A stretch of 58,875 nucleotides of DNA, from NCBI GenBank assembly GCA_000388065.2, contig KB932204.1. One strand, 5' to 3'. Numbering within the stretch: the first letter of the stretch is position 1; each line of letters starts with the position of its first letter. Below, piece after piece: positions 34,501-46,784 of this stretch. A program made the position numbers and the translations under genes. The notes below the pieces were generated by a model. The model did no database searches. It saw only the letters and a list, made by a program, of their open reading frames with translations, and had not been told where the DNA came from. Origin of the DNA: Fonticula alba ATCC 38817. Lineage: Eukaryota; Protista; Nucleariida.

Positions 34501-37500
34501 ATCGCGCGCGAGTTTCAGATTTAAATTGACGGCTCGATGGTGCCATCTCCTCTCAGTTGATACGGGCTTGCGGGTGCATTTCCCTCCCCCCGTCCCCCCT
34601 CCCCCGGTGCATCTCCGCCGCCGTTCCGTGCGTCCTCGGCGCGGGAGCCGGCAAGTTCCATTGCGCGCCGGTGGGCGGACCCCGGCGCCGCGGGCGAGTG
34701 CATGGGACGCGGTGTCGGGCGCCACGCGCGCGTACGCGCGCACGCGCGCCATCTCCGCCCTGCGCTGTCTCTCGCTCTCTCTCTCCCCCTCTGGCGCCGC
34801 CTTCGGTGCTGACGGCGTTGCCGGCCCGCTCCCCCCCTGCCCCGGCCCTGCCCAGCGCCTCGTCGCGTCCAGGGGGGGGGGCGGGGGCGTAAGCCGACCG
34901 CCTCCTCCCCCGGGCACCATCATCGGGGGGAGCCCGCGTCGCATCCCTCCGCCCCGGCGCACCCCCCCACATCCCGGTTGGCCCCGCTTCCCGGCCCCGC
35001 ACCCCTCTCGCCCACATACACACACACATACACATCGGCGACCTCGCAGCCCCTGCCGCCGGACACACACACACACACACGGGAGCACGGAGCACCGGCC
35101 GAGCGCCGGCCGCCGGAGGAGGCCCCGACCGGCCGCGGTCGGCGAAGTCAGCGCTTGCCCCATTCAGCACAGCGAGTTTGAGGTTGGATACACATTTTCA
35201 GGCGACCCGGTCCGTTGGAACAGGTGGATCTCCCCCCAATATGCGAAAACGACCCCCCTCCCCGGGCACGCGCGGCGCCCGGCGTCCGGACAAATGAACC
35301 CGATCCCACAGGCTGCTCCCAGGGATGTCCCCCGAACCCCCGATACTCCGGGCGCAATGTACTCGAGGCCGGCGCCCTGCCCCGGCAAATAGCCCCTGAA
35401 ATCGCCCGGCGCCCCCGCCCCCCGTGTGAGAGAGGCCAAGGGACAGAGGGAGCGAGCGGGCCGGAGAGGCAGGGAGGCAGCGGGCGGGCGGGCGGGCGGG
35501 CGGGCGGGCGGGCGGGCGGGCGGCGAGGGCGCCTGCCGTGACCGGCGGTCAAGGGCCACGCTGGGCCATGCGAGCCCGTGGCTGTGCACAGCCGGGCAGG
35601 CGGAGCCCGGTGGCCTCGTGGGTGGGGGCCAATGGCCCGGGACGCATGGACGGGGGCCGGGAGGATGGACCTGGCCCGGCGCGCCCGGCCTCCCCTCGGC
35701 TGGAGTCCTCCTCCGGCAGAGAGGCTATGGTGCTATTTTGTGCCTCGGGCGGGTGTGTGCCATCGCCGGCGTATTGGCAGGAGCGACCGGGGGGGGGGGG
35801 CTGCCCGGGGCCGAGCTCCCCGCCGCCTCGCGCTGGCCCTCCTCGGGGCTGCCGGCGGCCCATGCCCCGGAGGCCGGCGGCGGCCGGGAGCCAGCGCGCC
35901 GGGCAGGCTCCTTCGTGCGCTCACTCTTCTCGTGTATCACGCCCGAGCACACGTCTGCGCAGCTGTGGGTGCGCGCGCGCGCGCGGATGCGCGGGCCGAT
36001 GCCAACATGCAGCCTCCCAATTCTGGGGAGGCTGGCCGTGGTGAGGGCGGCGGCGGCGGCGGCGGCGAGGGCCGCCGCGGCCGGCCGCCATCATATGAGA
36101 CCTCCTCTTCGGAGGGGGCGCGAGGAGGGGGGAGGGACAGGCTGCGGCCGAGCCGAACCGAACCGGAGGGCCCGGTGCGCGCCAGCCAACAGCCGCAGGC
36201 CAGTGTGCAAGGGGCCGGGCGCCGGTGTGGTGTGGGATATGTGCGGTGCTGCGCCGTGTTGTGATATGTTGCGCTCCGTTGGTGGCTGGGTTGTGCTCGG
36301 GTGGCGATAGGGCCCGGGGCAATCGGCCGGCACCCGGGGGATGGAATATCGCGGTGTGCCCCGGAGCAAACACACGCTCACGGGCCGGCGCATCGCCCGG
36401 TGCCAGGCCATCCACTCTCGGCGAGGCGTACCACGCGCCAGGCAGCCTGGATGCGAGAGAGAGAGAGAGAGAGAAGCCCGGAAGAAACAAAGGGCCACAG
36501 AAACAAGCATCCGCGACAAGGTGCGGATGGCTGGCCGCCTGCGGCGGCCCACCACAAATATGGCGGGCATTTTTATTCCCCGACAATAATGGCGCCCGCG
36601 CAACAAGGACATAGCGCCGGTCCCGGCGGGGCCACCGCCCTCACGGCGTCTCCTGGCTGACCGGCGTGGGCGGCCGAGACTCCCGCGCGTGGCTCCCCCC
36701 GGCCGGCTCCTCTTCTTCGCCCCTCGCGGCCGGGCGCCCCCTTCGGCCGGCCGACCGCGCGAGGCCCGGTCTCCGGGTCCCGCAATCCGAACACCCCTGT
36801 GCGTGTGCGCGTGTTATGCTCGGCAACACCTGCCCCGCTGGGCGCGGTGGCTTACTCATCGTGCGCCCCGAGGCCCGGCCACAAGTAGCCCCAACCTCCG
36901 GCTTGGTGTCCAGTTCCCGCTGGCTTTTCTCAGGCCCCTTGCGCCGAGGGGGCACACACGCGCGCGGGGGGGGAGGTCCGGATGGCCCGCTGTCGGTTGA
37001 GCTCTCGGCGGCGCCGGCCGGTGCGGCCGCAGGAGCCGGGCCATCCCCGGCCACGGACCGAGGCGGGCCGAGCGGGCCAGATCCGCCGGAGTCCGAGCGT
37101 GCACATGGACGCCCCGCCCGGGCGCGCCGGGCCTTCGCGGCGGTCTCCGCCCCCCCCCCCCCCCCCCCCGCCGACAAGTCGGACGAGGGAGAGCTCGGGC
37201 GCGCCCGATCTGGCGCCCGCCGCCCGCCGCTCTCGACCCCACTCCCCCGCCCCTGGGCCCGGCCCGGCTCCCGCCCCCCGGCGCAGGGGGTACACACCGA
37301 GGCTGCGGGGCGCGACTTGCCGCACCCAAGGGGGTCACTATGCAGCCTATCCCCCCCCTGAAACACCTGCTCGCACTGCCCCCTTCATCCCCCCCCCCCC
37401 CCGCGCCCCCCCCGCGCCGCGGCCCAGTGGCCTCCGGCATGCCTGCACCGAAGGGCCTTCGGGCAAAGGGCCGGCCGGTGATGCCGCGCGGCAGCGGCAG

Positions 37501-37647
37501 CCACAGTACCGCCCCTCGCATCTGCTCGCGCCCGGTCGCCGAGATCCGGCCCCGGTCGGCAGGCATCCCGCGCACGGGCAGAAGTGAGGTGCCCCTGGCG
37601 GGACCTGCCGCGGTCCAGGCACACTTCGGCCGTGTACCACGTACGCG

Positions 37648-37692
<45 letters not shown>

Positions 37693-38824
37693 GTGTACGA
37701 GCGCGTGCCGGCGCGGCCGGCCGGGCCGCCGACCGGCTAGTTCGCTCGCGCCCGGGCTGCCATTACCAAGCCCACCCGGGCCTCAGGCCGGGGAACAACA
37801 GCCCGGGAGTTGGGGGCCGGTCATTGGCCGCGGGGTGTCCTCGTTTGCTGGCCACCGCCACGGAGATGGGTGCTAATTCCTGCCCGCACGCGCCGGCTAG
37901 GATGGACGTGTCCGGCTCACACGCCCCCTCTGGTCCCCCCCCCCCCCCCCTCCGGCCTCCGTGTGCGCCCAGTCCGCCCCTTGGCCAGGCTCGGTCGCCA
38001 GATTGCCCTGGAAACGCCCCTGTATCTACGAGCTGGAATGAGGCTGGAGACCGGCGCGCAAGCATGCTTCCCATACTCCCAGGTCCAGGCGCCCGGGCCC
38101 CATAGCCCAATCTGACCTCCGCGGTGATCCCCCCTCGGCCTGGGGCGGTTCGTCGTCCGTCGCCGGCTGGCTCCCCCCCCCCCCNNNNNNNNNNNNNNNN
38201 NNNNNNNNNNNNNNNNNNNNNNNNNNNNNNNNNNNNNNNNNNNNNNNNNNNNNNNNNNNNNNNNNNNNNNNNNNNNNNNNNNNNNNNNNNNNNNNNNNNN
38301 NNNNNNNNNNNNNNNNNNNNNNNNNNNNNNNNNNNNNNNNNNNNNNNNNNNNNNNNNNNNNNNNNNNNNNNNNNNNNNNNNNNNNNNNNNNNNNNNNNNN
38401 NNNNNNNNNNNNNNNNNNNNNCGCCCTGAGGGAGAGGCGCCGGGGGAGGGGGGCGGGCGAGGGCGGATGTGGGGGCCAGCTGGAAGATGCCGCCACGGGT
38501 GGCCCTTCAAGAGACGGCGCCCCGGCGTCTGCACACCTCCCGGCTCACAAACATCTCTCCCTCATTCCCCTCGCGTCTCTGGACAATGATATGATCCACC
38601 CCAGGATCCGGTGCGCCTCGCCGCTCTTGCCCCGAAGGCCTCCCTCCCCCCTTCCCCCCCTCCGTGGCTTTTGCCCCCATGGGATCGCCCCAAGCAGCTA
38701 ACCCCCCCCCCCATCGGCCCGTCCTCCTCCTCCTCCCCCCACTGCCGCCAGTGGTAGTTCACCCGAGTCCAAAGTATCCTCCACCCGGCCACCACCGAGC
38801 CCCAACCCCACAGGCTGCCCCGCC

Positions 38825-41295
38825 ATGTCCCTGGCCGACGTCCAGAATCCCCACACCCAGCAGGACCTCGAGTACCACCGCTTCGCCATCCACGAGCCGC
38901 TACCACTACAGCAGCAGCAGCAGCACCACCACCACCACCACCACCACCACCACCACCAACAGCAGCAGCAGCACGGCGTGCGCCTCGCCACCTCCAGTCT
39001 CCACGCCCGCACCATGCCGGACTTCCTGTCGCAGCAGCCATCGCCCCATGCCCGCATGGCCACCACCCCGCCCCACCATGAGCCCTTTCCCTTTTACCAC
39101 CGGTCCGAGGGCATTCTCCTGGGATCGCCGCCGAGCCTGCAGGCTCAGCTGGCCATGTCGGTGGGGACCAGCCTCGGGCAGACCCCGCAGGCGGTTGGCC
39201 ACCTGTCTGCCTTCCACCAGCCGGTGGGCGCCATGACGCCCGCCATGCATGGCGGCGACCCCGGGCCCGGGGGCTTCCCCACTCCGTCCAGCACCGGGGG
39301 CGAGGCCTTTCGCCTGGTGGACTTGTCCTCGCGCATGACCAGCCCCACCACCATGAGCCCGTCGGACATGAGCCCCGGCGCGCGGCATGTGGCGCCCATC
39401 GACGGGCCCGGGCCCAAGCCCATGCCACCAGTCCCCGGGGACTTCGGCGGCGGCGGCGGCAGCAGCAGCAGCAGCAACAGCCTGGCTGGCTTCGGCCTGC
39501 GGCTCAAGGCCCTCCCCGACCACCCGCAGGAGGAGCCTGTCGGGAGCCGCGGCGCCGGTGGTGCGGCCGACGATTTTGCCCACCTCGTGAGCCCGGGCCC
39601 CAAGCCCGGGTCCAGTGCCCGTGGCCGTGATGCCAAGTACGTTTGGATCCCCTCCCGGCCCATCTGGCCACCTCCCTCTCTCTTCCTCTCTCTTCCTCTC
39701 GGCCGCTCGATCTCTCTTGCCCACACAGTGAGCACCATATGTCGCGCACATGATCGCAGGCCCTGTCTCACAGTCTCCGCCCCCGCCGATTGCCCGGCGC
39801 TCTTTGCCGCTTTTTCGTCGTGCCCATCTGCAGTCGCTCCCTCTCGGCCAGCAAGGCCAAGAGCAGCAGCGCTTCGGTCAAGTCGGCGGCCGCGGCGACG
39901 GCCGCGGCGGTGGTGGCCGCATCGACCGCAGCGGCGGCCGCCGCGTCTATCGCACCGGCCCCGCTGCCCGGCAAGCGGCGCAACCACAATGCCAGCGAGC
40001 GCCGGCGCCAGCAGAACATCAATGACGGGATTGTCCGCCTGCGGCGCATGGTCCCGGCCTGTCGGCTGAGGAGCAACCGCTCCATCGGCGGTATCACCGG
40101 TAGCTCGCAGGCTCCCGGCGGGCCGACCGGTGGCAGCCATCCCGGCCCGGCGGCCGGCGACTCGTCCGCCGACGAGCTGGACTCCGATTCGGAGAACATG
40201 GGCCCGACCACGGCGCCGCGCGTCAGCAAGGCCACCGTGTTGACCCTCAGCGCGGAGTACATTCTCCAGCTGCAGGCCGCGGTGGAGGAGTTGTCGGGAT
40301 GCGTGCGCGAGCTGGGCGGCTCGGTGCCGCCGGCCCTGGCCAGTGCGCTTTTTGCCCCCGGCGGCCGGGTCGGCACGGCGGGGTCCCTTTGTGGGAATGG
40401 CGCCGGGCCTGGCGACGGATCGGCCACCTCCTCCCCCGGGCCTCTGGACTCTCCCCCCGGTGTCCCGGGTCCCATGGCCCAAATGCAGCAGCAGCAGCAG
40501 CACCAGCAGCAGAAGCAGCATGCCCCTTCCGCTCGGGCCCCTACAGATGGCGTGCCTCACATGGGTCCCACTGATCATCAGGGTGGCCAGCACGCACGGG
40601 CCATTGCCATGATGGCGGCGGCCGCGGCCGCCGCGGCCGCCGCCGGGTCCCAGCCAAACGACTCGCAGCTGAAGGCCCTCTTCCATGCCCAGCATCAGCA
40701 GCAGCATCAGCAGCAGCATCAGCAGCAGCATCAGCAGCAGCAGCAACAGCAGATGGAGTCCCACCCTCGCTCGCCGCGCACCAAGGCCGCCAGCAGCAAC
40801 GTCAGCGCCAGCACCATGGCCTCGCATGGCGGGGACTTCCTCCCCCACATCGGCGGACCGGGGGGCGGCAATCTGGCCATGGCGGCGGCCGCGGCGGCGG
40901 CCATGGCGGCGGTTGCCAATGGCGCCGAGGGCGGCGGTCCCCTGCTGGACTTCAGCGCGTCCGACGCCGGCGGAGTGGGGTATCTGCGCTCGGTGCATCC
41001 GACCACTGCGGCGGCGCACCTCGCCGCCATGCAGCAGGGCAACACCGGCACCAGCAGCAACGTCATGAGTGGCGGCGGGTACCTGCGCAGCAACGCCCCG
41101 CTGGCGTCCCACTTCGCATCATCCCCCCCCGGCAGCACCAACGTCATCGGCCACTCGGCGTATGGGCAATTCTCGCAATCGCTGCAGCTCGAGGCAACCC
41201 TCGGGCTCGGGGGCGGCATGCAGCAGCTGGCTGCCGCCGGGCAGGCCCCCAGCGCCGCCGACACCAGCACCAGCAGCTGGAAGCACCTTCTCCAT

Positions 41296-41384
<89 letters not shown>

Positions 41385-41416
41385 AGCAGCCGCAATGGGC
41401 CTGTCTCCGGGTAGCC

Positions 41417-41447
<31 letters not shown>

Positions 41448-41886
41448 TGCGGCGGCTGCGGTCAACCCCTCCCCCTCGCCCTCGTACTACCTCCCTGGTG
41501 GCGGCGGCGGCCTGGAGTCCATCCCCGGCGGCGGGCCGCTCGGGCCGGACTCGCTCGGTGCCGCTGCTGGCAGCGTCATCAACAACCAGAAGGGCTTGCC
41601 GCCGGCCGCCTCCCCGGGCGCGATGCATCACCACTACCGCACCGCCAGCGGCGGCGGCGGCGGCAGCGGCGGCAGCAGCAGCAACATCAATGTGTCGACT
41701 CTGGCGGACCGGATCACCATCGATGTGCCCACCCCATTGCTCCTCAATGCAGGTCATTCTTCGCCCACGTCTGCGGGTGCCTTCGCCTCGGAGCACTCGC
41801 CGCAAGGCAGTTTTGTGCAGATGACCTCCGGCCCCGGGAGCAACGGTGGCATCGGCGGTCGTGCTGCCGGCGGCAACCAACAGTAG
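38825..41886 (+). CDS. bHLH(-ZIP) transcription factor with polyH, polyQ and polyA tracts; exons 38825-39636, 39834-41886; 954 aa
   Basis: Basic/helix 1 KRRNHNASERRRQQNINDGIVRLRRMVP; helix 2 SKATVLTLSAEYILQLQAAVEEL. Donor GTACGT, acceptor ctgcag; lengths sum to 2865. Confidence 0.9.
41296..41385 (+). repeat. Coding (CAG)26-CAA-CAG-CAG-CAA tract, 30 Gln
   Basis: Direct count. Confidence 0.95.
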
Positions 41887-44433
41887 CTCCACCTGCGCAC
41901 ATATGTAAATACCTCCCCCCCCCCCTCTCCCTCTCCCTGCCCACCTTGTGCCCCCTCTCCCGGCCGGCCGGTAGTGTGCGCGCGCACAGGTGGGCACACA
42001 ACAATATAAGCCATTCATCGTCCCCCCCCCCNNNNNNNNNNNNNNNNNNNNNNNNNNNNNNNNNNNNNNNNNNNNNNNNNNNNNNNNNNNNNNNNNNNNN
42101 NNNNNNNNNNNNNNNNNNNNNNNNNNNNNNNNNNNNNNNNNNNNNNNNNNNNNNNNNNNNNNNNNNNNNNNNNNNNNNNNNNNNNNNNNNNNNNNNNNNN
42201 NNNNNNNNNNNNNNNNNNNNNNNNNNNNNNNNNNNNNNNNNNNNNNNNNNNNNNNNNNNNNNNNNNNNNNNNNNNNNNNNNNNNNNNNNNNNNNNNNNNN
42301 NNNNNNNNNNNNNNNNNNNNNNNNNNNNNNNNNNNNNNNNNNNNNNNNNGGGTGTGCGCGCGCCCCCCGCCTATCATCCGGCGTGTGCGTGTGCGGGTAC
42401 GTAAGCCCGGGGATGTATGTATCTGTGATTGTGTGTTCATGTTCTGGGGCACGGGGGGAGGGGGGGGGGGAGAGGGAGAGAGAGAGGCGTATGTCTGGCG
42501 GGCAGGGAAATGGAGGTCTATTGCAGACGGCGGGGAGAAAGGGGGGCGGGGCAGGGCGCCCCTCGCTCCGGATGCGGCCCAGCCGAGCTTGCCCGGGGGC
42601 GGCAAGGGGGCCGCTGGTGAGATCGGCAAGGGCATGATTGTGGAGGCACACACCCCGGCGCATAAACAAAGGGCCAGGATGAGGATCGGACAAGGAGGGG
42701 GGGAAGTTCATGCCCGTGCTCCTGGCCCCTCAACTGGCAGCTACGGGAAACCCGGGCTTCATGGCGCGCGCCATGGTTGCGTGCATGGACAAAGGTTGTC
42801 GAATCCATTCCTACTTCCCCAGGGGGGGGGGCGGCGAGGCGGCGGGGGCGTCCACGCGGGGTGGGTGGGCGGGGGGGTGGGGGGGAGGGGGGGGGGGGGG
42901 GGGGGGGGGGGTGCTTCGTAATAGACAGCGCGCCTCGGCGGGGGCAGAAGGGCGCTCAGCGTGCTCAGCATGCTCAGCGTGCTCAGCGCGTTGAGCGCGC
43001 GCGCGCGCGCGCGCAGCGGCGCAGGTTGTCCTCACCTGAGCGGTGTCTGCGCGTGCCGCCAAGGTCCCAAGCACGCGCGCTCTCGCCCCTCCGCAAGGAG
43101 GGCGATAAAAGCCAGGCACCCGATGAGCGCCGACCGGGCACCCAGACAGGGAATGAAGGGGAGGGGGGCGAGGGCCCGGGGCTGCGCGCACAAATTTCGC
43201 GACTTGCCCGAGAGGTGATTGGCGCGCCTTCCGGCTTGGGCCTGCGTGCAAACGTGCGCGCAATCTGCGCACGTCTCCTGGGCTTGCGCTTTTCCACCGC
43301 GATAAGGCGTGCTTTTGTGGCCGGAGCTTGCGCCGCCCATGGCGGCGGCGGGCCACCTGGCCACCCGGCACAAGATCCGGGCGTGATGTCCGGTGCAGCA
43401 CCAACCCACCGGCTCAGATCACGCCCCTGATCACACGAGCCAGCCGATCGCCTCCCGCGCTCCCTGAAGGCAGATGGCGCCGGCGGTCTGTCTGAAGGTC
43501 CGCCCCCCCCCNNNNNNNNNNGGCGCCGGCGGTCTGTCTGAAGGTCCGCCCCCCCCCCCCCCCCCGGCGGCCGGCCCCGCAAGCCTGCTCCCCCCGGACC
43601 GCGGCCGTGCCGCCAGCCCCCCCCCCCCCGGGCACTGGCACACGGGCACCTGAATCTCAGGCCACACGCGCCGGGGCGTGGCTTGCGCCGGGGCGTGTGT
43701 TTTTTCCTTGCTCGGGCGCGGACTCGGGCCTGGGCCGAGGCGTTCACTTTCGAGGCGCGTCCGGAAGAGCATCGTGTTGTTATTTCCCCCCCCGCCGCCG
43801 CCGCCGCCGCCCACACCCCCGGGGAATGCACGCACATTTCATTGTTCCCCCTCCACCCCCCCGGGGCTCCGGGCCCTTTCGACGAACGGGCGGCTCAGGC
43901 CAATCTGACCTGGACATCGGAAGGGAGGATGGGGCATCCTCAACAGCCCTCCTGCAGGGCGGGGGGGACAGGATCCGGTATCCGAGACCCCACCCCCAGT
44001 CCTGGGGCAGCGTCTGATCCCAATCGGCGGGGCGGGGGCGACCGGCCCCCGCGAGCCCGTATGCCCATCGTGTGCATCTCGGAGCGCGCGCGTGCGCCGG
44101 GTGCGTGCCTGTACGGATATGGCCGCGCCTCGGCGAAATACGTCCAATACTTGGAACCTTCGCCCCCTGTCTGGCCCCCCCCCCCTTCCGCCGGGCATAT
44201 ATGCCGGTCATTGGGGGGCGGCGGGGCGGCCATGGAGCCGCTGGCGCCTCTTTCTTGCTTTTCGGTGGGCACCCTGATGGCCTGGCTCCCCGCGTCGACC
44301 GCCAGTTAGCCGCCCCCTCCTATCCCTCCGCTCTCCCGGCATTGCCCGCACATCACACCCTACCCGCCCCCCCCCCCCCCCCCCCCCCTCCCCCCCCCCC
44401 CTGCCTCTCCTCCCCGCTGATGACACTCGTCTC

Positions 44434-46271
44434 ATGACCGCCAGCGACCAGTCCTTCGCCTACCGGCCGGTGCAGATCCTCAGCTCCACCCCCCCGCCAA
44501 GCCGGCCATATGCGCACCATGATGGGGGCGGCTTCCGGGAGGACGCCGGCCCCGGAGCCCTGAGCCCGGGCGGAGCCGGGCCGGCCGGCACCACGTCGCA
44601 CCTTGATGGGGAATATTCGGACGCGGTGGAGTTCGCTGGCGCCGGGCCTGGCCACCCGGCGGCGGCGCTGGACCCCGGCGCGGGCCCCTTGCACCCGGAC
44701 TCGGCGACCGCGTCATTGTACCTGCATGGGGGGTCGCACTCGGTGACCACCAACGCCTCGTCGCTGTCGGTGAATGATGTCGACGCCCGGCACTATGCCA
44801 TGGCCAGTCCCCTGCTGGCGGGCTACTCCTCGACCGATCGGCTAGATGATGACGATGCCCAAGCTCGGGCGAATGCCAAGCAGCTGGACCGGCTGCAGCG
44901 GCTCAAGAGCGCCACGTTCTGGTTCTCGGTCCTGGTGCTGGTGCGTCCTGGTGCTTTGGTGTCTGCTTGTCTATCCTTGGCCTTCGGTTTGTCTCCCTCC
45001 CTGACGCCCCTCCCCCCCCCCCCCCCGCACAGATGCTCGGTGGCATTGTGATTGGCTTCTCGGCCTCGACCATTGTCAACTCCCGCATGATCTTCCTCAT
45101 CCCCATGATGCCGTACTGTGCGTGCATGTGCGCCGGCGCTGGCCTTTTGTGACGAGCCATCTGACCCGGGCCCGGTCCTCTGCGCCCCCCTCCCCCCCCC
45201 CTCTGATTGCGACACCCCCATGCAGCCTATGTCGCCCTGGGATCTTTCATCTTCCTTACCTCCTTCCTTGGGTGGTACAGCTCACGCCGCAACAGCCGGC
45301 GCTTCCTGCTGGCGGTACGCCCCGGCCGCCTCTCTCCCCCCGCCCCTTTTCCTGGTCACACCGCCCTCCTATCCCTCTCCCCCTCCTTCACGCACCCTGC
45401 TGACCTGCCCCCCCCCCCCCCCCCCCCCGGGGTCCGCCTCCCGGCGTCGCGCAGTACATCGGCCTGCTGCTGGTGGCCATCATCTCGATCACCTCGATCG
45501 TTTTCTACACCCACTTTCATGATCGCTCGGAGGTACGCGCGTGCTCGTTGGCCGCACCAGCAGACCCGGCGGGGCGCGGGACATCCCCTCTACCCTCTAC
45601 CCTGTGCCGTGTGCACGTGTGTCGGCCACTGGCAAACTAACCTTCCCCTCTGGCGGGCGGTCCAGTTCCCGGCGCTCCTCAACCAATTCTGGGTGGACAC
45701 CTACAACGCCAATGACCCGGACGGGTTCATCCGGGACACCGAGTGTGACTTCCAGTGCTGCGGGCTGGACGACCCCATGGAGTACGCCATCCCCGACACG
45801 TGCATCACCACCTCGCCCGGGTGCGCCGGTGAGGCGTGGGTGTATCAGGGGGTGTGTGAGCCCTTCATCCATCGCGAGGTGCTGGCCATGATCGCGATAA
45901 ACCAGATCGTGGGCATTGCGTCTGTCCTGCTGCTGGTGCGTTTCCTGCGCGTTTGCCTATGCCAGTGTGCCGGTGGGTGGGTAGGGGGGGGGGGGGGGGG
46001 GAGGAAAGCGGGAGATCGAGCAGCCCCGGGCCCCGCCCGCGAGGCAGGCCCGCCGGTCGCTGCCCTCGGCGCGCGGGCCGGCATGTGTGCACGCACTGAC
46101 AGTTGGACTTTCTCCTCCCGCTCGGGGCCCGGCTCCGCGCGACAGGGCGTCGGCTTGACGCTGGCGTGTCTGACACACAAGGCCACCCCGAGCCGAGACG
46201 ACCGGCAGCGGGAGTTCGCCGCCGAGGTGGAGCGCCTGAATCGAGAGCTGGCGCTCGCCGGGCTGAACTGA
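44434..46271 (+). CDS. Tetraspanin with long N-terminal cytoplasmic tail; exons 44434-44940, 45033-45117, 45226-45314, 45455-45532, 45666-45935, 46146-46271; 384 aa
   Basis: Four TM segments, short ICL (SRRNSRRFL), large EC2 with CCG motif (TECDFQCCGLDD...TCITTSPGC...GVCEP). Lengths sum to 1155. Confidence 0.92.
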
Positions 46272-46308
46272 CGCGGGCGCGCAGGCCTGCTCTTCCTTTT
46301 CTTGTGGG

Positions 46309-46310
<2 letters not shown>

Positions 46311-46370
<60 letters not shown>
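46311..46370. repeat. (GT)30 microsatellite 40 nt after tetraspanin stop
   Basis: Direct reading. Confidence 0.95.
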
Positions 46371-46372
<2 letters not shown>

Positions 46373-46499
46373 ATGTGTGGGGCCTGTCGTCCTCAAGGAG
46401 GTATCGCCGGGTCTGGCCCACATCCCCCCGGGCCCTGTCTCCCTCTCCCCATAGCTGGCACGAGGGGGAACGGCGAGGGTACAATGCCCGCCGCCTCCC

Positions 46500-46542
<43 letters not shown>

Positions 46543-46739
46543 TTTCTCTCCCCCCTGTGTGCATTTCACAAATAGATCGGGGCGTGTTTTCTTTTCCCCC
46601 CTTGCGTGTGGCTGTGCCCAAAAAGAGGGGCCGATTCTCGTGAAGCGCGGGCACGGGGAGCGCGACCTGCGGGCCCTCGTGATGTTGCCCCATGACATGC
46701 ACCGGTCCCGGAGGAATGTCATTTCGCAGTGGGCGACAG

Positions 46740-46784
46740 ATTGGTCGCCCGTGTCCCGGGGGCGTCCAATTGGCCGGTATAAAA
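46740..46784 (+). promoter_or_regulatory. Candidate Pol II core promoter: reverse CCAAT (46740-44), palindromic CCAATTGG (46766-73), TATAAAA (46778-84)
   Basis: Motif order and spacing read directly; no downstream coding ORF found. Confidence 0.45.

Noticed and set aside
43476-43560. ~36-bp duplication around N10 gap at 43512-43521
   Set aside because: Same overlap artefact pattern, ending in a C-run.
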